DNA of 64,000 nucleotides from Candidatus Cloacimonadales bacterium (GTDB lineage Bacteria; Cloacimonadota; Cloacimonadia; Cloacimonadales; JAIOQZ01): NCBI GenBank assembly GCA_963665815.1, contig OY762463.1, positions 2,080,001 to 2,144,000 of the forward strand, read 5' to 3'. Shown piece by piece: positions 56,252 to 64,000 of this stretch (position 1 is its first letter; each line of letters starts with the position of its first letter). The notes under the pieces were generated by a model. It saw only the letters and a program-made list of their open reading frames with translations, ran no database searches and was not told where the DNA came from. The position numbers and the translations under genes were made by a program.

Positions 56252-56974
56252 CTAATACAAGGCAAAATAAACCAGCAATACAGAAATCATACTGAACAGA
56301 GTTCCCAGCATATAGTACTCCGTAAAAGCTCTATTCTGGTTAAATTCATCAAAGCGTATGATTGTTTTTGCTGTAAATATCAAACCAACTGCTGTATACT
56401 GATTGTTTATAAGAAATATCAGAACAAGCAGTCTCTCCAGATTCCCGATCAATTTCCCGGTCTTTTTAACTTCTCTGTTTTCTTCCTGCTGCTCAAATGG
56501 ATTAACATCATTGAAAAACTTAACAAATATTGTATTAATTGGTCGGAATATGATCATAACAACTACTGCAATTCTTATGTATTTGAACAAGAAGATATGA
56601 TTAAAGAAATCATGTTTGATAATCAATTCATTATATGCAGCTCCCTCAAGAATCCTACTAAAAATCAATATGGAAATTACGAAACTAATCTGCTCAAGAA
56701 CAAAGTACTTTTTGGTTGTGTTCTCACCTGAGGAGACTTTCTTCATTATCAGATTCAGCAGGTTCAAGACTGTTAATGTACATAGCCCCCATAATACTGC
56801 TTTTGTACTGAATACCAGAAAAATTACAATAGCTGATGCAAACATTCTTCCTGTTAACTTCATGGCAGATATACGATTCTCAGATGAGAACTCTCTGTAT
56901 CCCATTTCCAGATAGTAACCTGTCAGAACATAATAGAACAAAAGGATAATCATTAAATCATAATTCATTTTCAC
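56252..56974 (-). CDS. DUF3307-like membrane protein
   Basis: GKLIGNLERLLV, AKTIIRF, EYYMLGTLFS; overlaps the SatD-family gene. Confidence 0.8.
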   Translation of the reverse strand: MKMNYDLMIILLFYYVLTGYYLEMGYREFSSENRISAMKLTGRMFASAIVIFLVFSTKAVLWGLCTLTVLNLLNLIMKKVSSGENTTKKYFVLEQISFVISILIFSRILEGAAYNELIIKHDFFNHIFLFKYIRIAVVVMIIFRPINTIFVKFFNDVNPFEQQEENREVKKTGKLIGNLERLLVLIFLINNQYTAVGLIFTAKTIIRFDEFNQNRAFTEYYMLGTLFSMISVLLVYFALY

Positions 56975-57635
56975 ACTCCTTAAGATAGAACATTGTTTCT
57001 TTAAATACTTCTTTATGCTTTTTGTATTTGTAATAATCTGAGAAAGATAATCTCCTTTGCAGACTGGACTGATTTATCTTCAGTGTTTCAGCCGCTTCAT
57101 TCTGGTTCTGAGCAAAGTGTTCCATTATCCTTATTGCTTCTCTCTGCTTCTCCGTCCAATTACTCTCTATAGATGATATCGCAATCAGAGTTGAATTAAG
57201 CAGATTGCTCAGGATTTCTATATGCCTGTTATGAGATGCAATTTTGATCATGATATTGCTGTAAGCTGTTTTATTGCTATGGCTCAGATGTTTTATGTCC
57301 ATCAATGATTCTCTTGCCTTGTAATAAGCCGGTCCGTCCGCACCAATAGCCATTTCAGGATTAATCCCTGTGGATATTTCTCCTATACCAATCCCAACCC
57401 TGAGCTTTACAGGATGGAGTTCAAATTGTATCTCACTCATAATATCAAGTATTCTGCTGCCGTCTGTAAGCAACCCCTGAAACTCATCACCGATTGTAAT
57501 GAGGAACTTGGCTGCTATCACAGATTCATACCTGCTGTTGATTCTCTTCAATTCTTTATCCAGAGCTATCTGAACTGATTTTCTATCATCCAGATCCCGT
57601 GATTTAACAATATCCGATATTATAGCGTAATACAT
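56958..57635 (-). CDS. SatD-family protein
   Basis: AIISDIVKSR, ITIGDEFQG, RVGIGIG, DGPAYYKAR, C-terminal HTH; GAGGT RBS before ATG 57635. Confidence 0.85.
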   Translation of the reverse strand: MYYAIISDIVKSRDLDDRKSVQIALDKELKRINSRYESVIAAKFLITIGDEFQGLLTDGSRILDIMSEIQFELHPVKLRVGIGIGEISTGINPEMAIGADGPAYYKARESLMDIKHLSHSNKTAYSNIMIKIASHNRHIEILSNLLNSTLIAISSIESNWTEKQREAIRIMEHFAQNQNEAAETLKINQSSLQRRLSFSDYYKYKKHKEVFKETMFYLKECENEL

Positions 57636-57826
57636 GAACCACCTCTTTAGATTATGCATATTATTCTTTTATGTATTTTTTTATGCATAATATATCTTTA
57701 TGTATAATATCTTACATTAATTGTCAAGAAGAAAATATTTGATTGGAAAGGATTAGAAAGTTGTTAGAGTAAAGATGCTTTGTTTTGAGCAAAACAAAAC
57801 TCTAATGTGTAGATCATGTCAAGACC

Positions 57827-57944
57827 ACCATTGCGGTTTCTCTGGATGTATTTCTTCGAAGACATCTACGGGTCTGCTTCGCTGACCATGCGCAAGGGCT
57901 ATTACTCTGTCCCCTTCGCAATGGTTGCAAAACTTGCGAATGGT
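57827..57944. repeat. Interrupted REP doublet
   Basis: ACCATTGCG..GACCATGCGCAAGGG-linker-CCCTTCGCAATGGTTGCAAAACTTGCGAATGGT. Confidence 0.75.
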
Positions 57945-58011
57945 GTACCTTGATCATTAGCAGCAACTCCACCTTTATGAAGGCTTTCAGCTATACGCAA
58001 GGACACAAATC

Positions 58012-59061
58012 CTACCCTATCACACCACCACCAATAAGTCTATCTCCGCGGTAAAATACTGCGGACTGTCCGGGAGTAATTGCACTTACGGGATTAACCA
58101 GCTTCACATCCAGTCTGCCGGTTTCCGCATCATAACTCAAGGATTCAACTTCTACAGCACGACTGTTATAGCGAATCTGCACCATCAGATCTTCTGCACT
58201 GAACTCAGCATCAAACCAGTTTACAGCATGAGCAGAGAATGTATCGTCCATCAGCAGATCACGATTTTCCGTAACCCACACAGTGTTTGTCTCTGCATCC
58301 AGCTTGTACACATACAGCGGAGCTCTCCAGGCTATATCAAGCCCTTTACGCTGACCTATTGTATACAGGATTATCCCATTGTGTCGGCCCAATACCTCAC
58401 CTGTGTCGAGTTTTATGTCTCCGGTTATAAATTCTACTCTATCCCTCAAAAAGTCTTTATAATGCCCTTTAATAAAGCAGTTGTCCTGGCTTTCCTTGTT
58501 TTTGCTTATATGCAGGCTGTTTTCTTCTGCCAGATCGCGGACAAACTCCTTGTCTACGGATTCCAGCGGGAAAATCAGTCTTCTAAGCTGTTCAGGAGAA
58601 AGCCTCCAGAGCATATAACTCTGATCCTTACGTTTATGATCACTGCGTTCTATATAAATTCTATCGTTTTCACTAATCAATTTTGCATAGTGTCCGGTAG
58701 CCATTTTATCATATCCGGCTTTTACAACCGCATCCATAAACAGCCCGAACTTGATAGTCGGATTACACAAAGCACATGTATTAGGTGTTCTGGCACATTT
58801 GTATTCTTCAATAAAGTTACCTACAACAATCTGTTCAAACTCTTTCTCAAGATGCACAACATGGTGTTCAATCCCGAGAGTTTCACAAACTCTTGCGGCG
58901 TCTTCCACCGCCTTGACAGAGCCTTCATGCTCTCCAAAACCGTATGCTTCATTGTCAAACTGCTGCATGGTAAAACCGGCAACCTCATGCCCCTGTTCCA
59001 TCAGCATAATTGCTGCTGCAGAACTGTCCAGCCCACCGCTCATTGCAATCCCGATTTTCAT
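58012..59061 (-). CDS. mnmA: tRNA 2-thiouridylase
   Basis: AMSGGLDS, TPNTCALCN, ATGHY, KDQSY, YTIGQRKG, ITPGQSAVFY. Confidence 0.96.
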   Translation of the reverse strand: MKIGIAMSGGLDSSAAAIMLMEQGHEVAGFTMQQFDNEAYGFGEHEGSVKAVEDAARVCETLGIEHHVVHLEKEFEQIVVGNFIEEYKCARTPNTCALCNPTIKFGLFMDAVVKAGYDKMATGHYAKLISENDRIYIERSDHKRKDQSYMLWRLSPEQLRRLIFPLESVDKEFVRDLAEENSLHISKNKESQDNCFIKGHYKDFLRDRVEFITGDIKLDTGEVLGRHNGIILYTIGQRKGLDIAWRAPLYVYKLDAETNTVWVTENRDLLMDDTFSAHAVNWFDAEFSAEDLMVQIRYNSRAVEVESLSYDAETGRLDVKLVNPVSAITPGQSAVFYRGDRLIGGGVIG

Positions 59062-59070
59062 TGTATTCTC

Positions 59071-60324
59071 CTATGCGTGGATTCTTCTGATGTCAGCTCC
59101 AAGCTGTTTGAGTTTGTCATCAATCTTCTCGTAACCTCTGTCGATATGGTAAATCCTGGATACGTTCGTTGTTCCCGAAGCAGCCAGTCCTGCAATAACC
59201 AGAGCTGCGCTTGCCCTCAGATCAGATGCCATAACCTCTGCCCCACTCAGTTCCTTAACTCCTTTTACAATTGCTGTATTGTTATCGAGACGGATATCAG
59301 CACCAAGTCTTGCCAGTTCGGCAACATGCTTGAATCTGTCAGGATAAATCTGTTCTTCAATCGAGCAGAAACCGTCAGCGAGAGCCATTACAGCCATAAA
59401 CTGAGCCTGCAGATCTGTGGGGAATCCCGGATAAGGCAGAGTAGTTATATCCGATGCATTAAATTTATCTGTTCCGTGAATTGTCACTTCCGTATCAGTG
59501 TAGTCCAGTTTGAATCCACATTGTTCAAAAGCTGTAATAAGCGACATAATATGTTCTGTGAGACAGTTTGTTACAGTCACTGTTCCGTTGGTGATTGCTC
59601 CTGCTGCGAGGAATGTTCCGGCTTCGATTCTGTCAGGGATTACAGCAAACTCAACAGGGTTAAGTTCTTCCACACCGTTTATTACGAGTCTGGTTGTCCC
59701 GATTCCTTCTATATCAGCACCCATTGCCTGAAGGAATGCCACAAGATTGTCAATTTCCGGTTCCATTGCTGCATTTTCAATGATTGTCTGTCCCTTTGCC
59801 AGTACAGCAGCCATCAGGGTATTTCCGGTTGCACCAACAGATGACTTTTTGAAGAAAATTCTGGTTCCTTTAAGTCGTTCTGTTCTGGCGTAGATATAAC
59901 CGTGAGATATCTCGATACTTGCATCAAGCTGTTTCATAGCTTCAATATGCAGGTCGATTGGTCTTGGACCGAATGCACATCCACCAGGGAATGAGACATC
60001 AGCTTTGCCGAATCTTGCGAGAAGAGGTCCCAGTACATATATAGAAGCTCTCATTTTCTTAACAAGCTCGTAAGGTGCTTCATAAAAACTGCAGTGAGTT
60101 GCATCTATTTCCATGGTGTTACCAACCAGATCAACACGGGCTCCAATAACTCTTAACAGGTGAGCCATCATTTTAACATCGCTTATATGCGGTACGTTTT
60201 TGAGAACAGTCTTTCCCTTTGCAAGAAGAGAGGCTGCCATAAGAGGAAGTGCAGCATTCTTGGCACCGCTGATTTCCACGCTGCCGTTAAGCTTGTTTCC
60301 GCCTTTTATTATAAAACTATCCAT
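59071..60324 (-). CDS. murA: UDP-N-acetylglucosamine 1-carboxyvinyltransferase
   Basis: GAKNAALP, PGGCAFGPRPIDLH, PGFPTDLQ, HIDRGYE. Confidence 0.98.
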   Translation of the reverse strand: MDSFIIKGGNKLNGSVEISGAKNAALPLMAASLLAKGKTVLKNVPHISDVKMMAHLLRVIGARVDLVGNTMEIDATHCSFYEAPYELVKKMRASIYVLGPLLARFGKADVSFPGGCAFGPRPIDLHIEAMKQLDASIEISHGYIYARTERLKGTRIFFKKSSVGATGNTLMAAVLAKGQTIIENAAMEPEIDNLVAFLQAMGADIEGIGTTRLVINGVEELNPVEFAVIPDRIEAGTFLAAGAITNGTVTVTNCLTEHIMSLITAFEQCGFKLDYTDTEVTIHGTDKFNASDITTLPYPGFPTDLQAQFMAVMALADGFCSIEEQIYPDRFKHVAELARLGADIRLDNNTAIVKGVKELSGAEVMASDLRASAALVIAGLAASGTTNVSRIYHIDRGYEKIDDKLKQLGADIRRIHA

Positions 60325-61159
60325 TATTTTCCTCCAGTACTAACACTCTGTCAAAGTCATTGAAATCTTTGCGGCATAATACCGCTTTAAAGTTGTATTG
60401 TTCGGCATACTTAATAATTCTGTCAAATTGATTATGACCTGTTTCGAAATACAATCTGCCATGCGGCTTCAGATACTGTCTGCTTTCGCGAATTATCTTT
60501 TTGTAGAAATACAATCCGTCGTCATCTGCAAGCAGAGCAATCTGTGGTTCCTTCATAACTTCGGGAGAAACCTGTCGATATTCACTTTCCGGAATATATG
60601 GGGGATTTGCCACAATTATGTCGAATTTGCCATATATATTGCTAAATAAATCGGATTGATTAAAAGTTATCTTACACCCATTGAGTTCAGAGTTTGTTTT
60701 TGCTGTTTCCAGGGCCTTCGGTGAAATATCACTTGCCTGCACAGAATTAAAGTTACCGTTACTATGTAGAGCAATAGCAATCGCTCCGGAACCTGTACAC
60801 AGCTCAAGCACGTCAGCATTGTCATATTTTTCATTCAGGATGCTTTCCACAAGAAGCTCCGTTTCCGGTCTGGGGATAAGCACGTCTGGGTTTACGATAA
60901 TTTTACATCCATAGAACTCAGTTTCCCCCAGCAAATACTGTAAAGGCTCACGATTTGCCCTTCTTACTACAAGTTTCTTGATTTCTGTTCGCTCTTCCAG
61001 ACTCAGTATCCGTTCAAACTGCAGATACACATCCAGTCTTGGAATATCAAGAACATGACCTATGATATACTCAGCATTCACCTTTGCCGAGGGAATCTCT
61101 TTTGTTTTGAAAAATTCTACAGTCCAGTTAAGGACTTTTAGCACGGTCCAGAGTTCCAC
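60317..61159 (-). CDS. prmC: Release factor glutamine methyltransferase
   Basis: EPLQY, LIPRPETE, LCTGSG, NPPY. Confidence 0.96.
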   Translation of the reverse strand: MELWTVLKVLNWTVEFFKTKEIPSAKVNAEYIIGHVLDIPRLDVYLQFERILSLEERTEIKKLVVRRANREPLQYLLGETEFYGCKIIVNPDVLIPRPETELLVESILNEKYDNADVLELCTGSGAIAIALHSNGNFNSVQASDISPKALETAKTNSELNGCKITFNQSDLFSNIYGKFDIIVANPPYIPESEYRQVSPEVMKEPQIALLADDDGLYFYKKIIRESRQYLKPHGRLYFETGHNQFDRIIKYAEQYNFKAVLCRKDFNDFDRVLVLEENNG

Positions 61160-62070
61160 TAATTCTTAAGATGCTTAGTTATTATGATTGTTCTGCCGTC
61201 ATTATCGAATTCCAGAACATCTGTTAGTATTTTAATGAAATTTATCCCTCTGCCAGTAGCATCAAGGTTCAATTCCGTATCGTCATTATCCATATATGGC
61301 ATGTAATTAAAACCGTCTCCCTGATCTGTCACTGCTATTTTAATAATATCATCCTTATTATGCAGTTCGACATTGATATCAATATATTTGTTCTGCATGC
61401 TCTCTTCTTTCTTCAGTTCCTCGAGAAGAGCCAGATAATTATTGTGTTCTAAAGCTCGTTGCTCGTTTGAAAGACCGAAAGTACCATGTATAAAAGCATT
61501 CTCAATCATCTCATCAAGGCAAAGCTGAAGAATGTTATATCTTCCCGCCGGTAATGGGAAAACTGATGAAATATAAGTCATAACCGACTGAGCTATTACT
61601 TTCTTATTACTTTTTACAGGATAGAACCTGAATGAAAAGGAAACATCGTGGAGTATATCCTTGATGACCTTCTTATTCTCGGACTTCTTATCTTCAAGCT
61701 GAGAAAGCTGCATATTAATAGAACGTATCAGAGAATTAGCATCAATTGGTTTACTTATGAAGTCAGATGCACCAAGGCGAACAGCCTTCATCGCATAATC
61801 AATACGCAGATCGGCTGTAACCAGAATAACAGGGATATCAGTACAGCCGGTAGCCTTGATTCTTTCCAGAAGTTCAAGACCGTCAATCCCCGGCATATTG
61901 ATATCACATATTATCAGATCATACGATTCTTCAGTAATCCTGTTCAGGGCCAGAATCGATGAATTCTCTATTTCAACGTCAAAGTCATACAGCTCAAGTT
62001 TGTCCCTGAGCAGATCAGTAAAATCCACATTATCATCAACAATGAGGATTCGATTATTGGTTGAATTCAT
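61159..62070 (-). CDS. Response regulator receiver fused to an RsbW-like HATPase domain
   Basis: ILIVDDN..CDINMPGIDG..KP; EMIENAFIHG, DQGDGF, GRGI. Confidence 0.85.
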   Translation of the reverse strand: MNSTNNRILIVDDNVDFTDLLRDKLELYDFDVEIENSSILALNRITEESYDLIICDINMPGIDGLELLERIKATGCTDIPVILVTADLRIDYAMKAVRLGASDFISKPIDANSLIRSINMQLSQLEDKKSENKKVIKDILHDVSFSFRFYPVKSNKKVIAQSVMTYISSVFPLPAGRYNILQLCLDEMIENAFIHGTFGLSNEQRALEHNNYLALLEELKKEESMQNKYIDINVELHNKDDIIKIAVTDQGDGFNYMPYMDNDDTELNLDATGRGINFIKILTDVLEFDNDGRTIIITKHLKN

Positions 62071-62071
62071 A

Positions 62072-62377
62072 TTAGTATTTTATTGTGAATAGCTGATCCA
62101 GTTTGATTGTTGTAAGTAACTCATATACAGTTGGAGAAGATTTAACAATCTCGATTTTACCATTACGTTTCATGAACTTCTTGTAAAATATCAGTAGTTT
62201 ACCGATTCCGGAACTGCTGATGTTTCTGCAGGTTGAAAGGTCAAGATCAAGCTGAGTAGCGTCAGAAGCAATAAGTTCGTCCAGTTTGCTCTGGAACATA
62301 TAAGCGTTATCACTTGTAACAGCACCTTCAATTTTCATTACAGCAACATTATTATCAATTGATAATGTTATATCCAT
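62072..62377 (-). CDS. STAS anti-sigma-factor antagonist
   Basis: LDLS..ISSSGIG motif, 101 aa. Confidence 0.85.
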   Translation of the reverse strand: MDITLSIDNNVAVMKIEGAVTSDNAYMFQSKLDELIASDATQLDLDLSTCRNISSSGIGKLLIFYKKFMKRNGKIEIVKSSPTVYELLTTIKLDQLFTIKY

Positions 62378-62390
62378 TTTTCCTCCTTGG

Positions 62391-64000
62391 TTAATAACCT
62401 CTGATTTTCTTTAAAATTTCTTCCTGTATAGAAACTGTAACTCTGTCATATCTCTTGAACTCCATACTGTAAACAGCTCTTCCCTGAGATAACGATCTCA
62501 GTTGAGTAGCATAACCAAACAGCTCTCTCATTGGAATGAGAGCAACGACTTCCTGTTTGTTCAGCTGAGGACGAATAATATCGACATGTCCTCTGCGTGC
62601 ATTAATGTCCCCGATTATATCACCGACAAAGTCTTCCGGTGTGATAATGGAAACAAGCATAACAGGCTCCATGAGTATTGGATCACATTTGATCAATCCA
62701 TTGGACATAGCCATGGAACTGGCAATTTTAAAGGCCATTTCACTGGAATCCACCTCATGGAATTCACCGTTGATCAGTTCAATTCTGACTCTTTCTACCG
62801 GACTGCTGAGGATTGGGCCGTCCATGCAGGCATTAACTGCACCTTCCTCTACTGCACTCCAGAATTCTTTGGGAATTTTTGTCTCACTTATAGAGTTCTC
62901 AAATATTACTTTTCTATCGTCAGTTAAATCCTTAATTTCCAAAGGTGTCAATTTAAATTTCACAACGGCATATTGACCCTTGCCGTTAAGTTCACGGATA
63001 AACTCGCCTGCAACAATGTTTTCTTTAGTAATAGTCTCTTTGTAGGCGACCTGTGGTTTACCAATATTTGCATGAACATTATATTCTCTTTTTAGTCTGT
63101 CAATAATAATATCAAGATGAAGTTCACCCATTCCGGACAGTAAGGTCTGGCCGGTATCCTTGTTGTTACTCATCTTGAATGTAGGATCCTCGTCCTCCAT
63201 TTTTCTGAGAGCATCATACAATTTTTCTTCATCAGCTTTTGTCTTTGGTTCAACGGCTATAGAAATAACACCATCAGGGAAGGTTATATCTGCAAGCCTT
63301 AGTTTATCAGGTTCTGATGCCAGAGAGTCTCCTGTTTTGGCGAATTTCATACCTACTATAGCACCAATATCTCCTGCATACAGTTCTTTCACATCTTCTT
63401 TTTTGTTGGAGTACAAATGAAGAATTCTGCCAATTCGTTCTTTCTTGCCGTTAGTCTGATTGTAGACATGGTCCCCTTTTTTGATAGACCCTGAATAAAC
63501 CCTGATATAGACGAGTTTCCCAACGTATTTATCAATCTGAACTTTGAAAGCGAGAGCTGAGAAGTCAGCATTCACGTTTGGTATAATTTCTACATCTTCA
63601 CCAGTCGCAAGATCAAGACCTGTTGCATGTTTTACATGGAGTGGAGATGGCAGGTAGTCAACAATAGCATCAATCAGAAGCTGAACACCTGTATTTTTCA
63701 GGGATGAGCCACAGAGTACAGGAACAAATTCGGTTTCCATTGTCCCCTTTCGTATAAGCTTAATAATTTCTTCGGCAGTGAGTTCACCTTCTTCCAGGAA
63801 TTTTTCCATTAATTCATCATCGAATTCACAAATTGATTCCAGAAGTGTTTCTCTCCACATTTCTGCCACATCAAACAGATCTTCCGGAATATCTCTTTCT
63901 TCAAATTCCAGTCCCAGAGTTTCCGGATTGAAAAAATATGCTCTCATATGTATTAAATCTATAATACCTTCGAATTTATCTTCCTTACCAATTGGAAGCT
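62391..64000 (-). CDS. fusA: Elongation factor G (5' part lies beyond the window)
   Basis: GMGELHL, PQVAYKET, DSSEMAFK, LMEP, LRSLSQGRA; frame stays open to the window end (QLPIGKEDKFEGIIDL). Confidence 0.95.
   Translation of the reverse strand, partial: LPIGKEDKFEGIIDLIHMRAYFFNPETLGLEFEERDIPEDLFDVAEMWRETLLESICEFDDELMEKFLEEGELTAEEIIKLIRKGTMETEFVPVLCGSSLKNTGVQLLIDAIVDYLPSPLHVKHATGLDLATGEDVEIIPNVNADFSALAFKVQIDKYVGKLVYIRVYSGSIKKGDHVYNQTNGKKERIGRILHLYSNKKEDVKELYAGDIGAIVGMKFAKTGDSLASEPDKLRLADITFPDGVISIAVEPKTKADEEKLYDALRKMEDEDPTFKMSNNKDTGQTLLSGMGELHLDIIIDRLKREYNVHANIGKPQVAYKETITKENIVAGEFIRELNGKGQYAVVKFKLTPLEIKDLTDDRKVIFENSISETKIPKEFWSAVEEGAVNACMDGPILSSPVERVRIELINGEFHEVDSSEMAFKIASSMAMSNGLIKCDPILMEPVMLVSIITPEDFVGDIIGDINARRGHVDIIRPQLNKQEVVALIPMRELFGYATQLRSLSQGRAVYSMEFKRYDRVTVSIQEEILKKIRGY

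Noticed and set aside
58228-59844. 538-aa plus-strand ORF
   Set aside because: Antisense shadow of murA and mnmA, with no recognisable motifs.

Overview
AT-rich bacterial DNA. One protein has a C-terminal 'YPNPFNPETTI...KKMLLLK' FlgD-Ig sorting-type domain, which suggests an FCB-group organism such as Cloacimonadota (inference only). Bases 1-47.5 kb form one polymorphic-toxin island. It holds two minus-strand operons of signal-peptide-bearing RHS/YD-repeat proteins: one as a single 3317-aa fusion, the other split into 1721-aa and 1350-aa chains in a TcB/TcC-like arrangement. Each operon starts with a 367-aa 'WPDYVF' fibre/chaperone-like paralogue. A complete PilT-less type II secretion/type IV pilus-like operon sits between them. 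Seven orphan toxin-tip and/or immunity cassettes are present. Most have their own repeated promoter/RBS leader and repeated terminator, and five carry a covarying GNA/GA internal-loop hairpin element inserted into the RHS-core stub. The rest of the window has a NuoE/NuoF/NuoG-GltD (Stn-like) oxidoreductase operon, a RAYT transposase whose REP doublets bracket an OLD-like nuclease and a SatD/DUF3307 pair, and housekeeping genes (mnmA, murA, prmC, a REC-HATPase/STAS pair, partial fusA). Family assignments come from motifs recognised by eye; no database searches were run.
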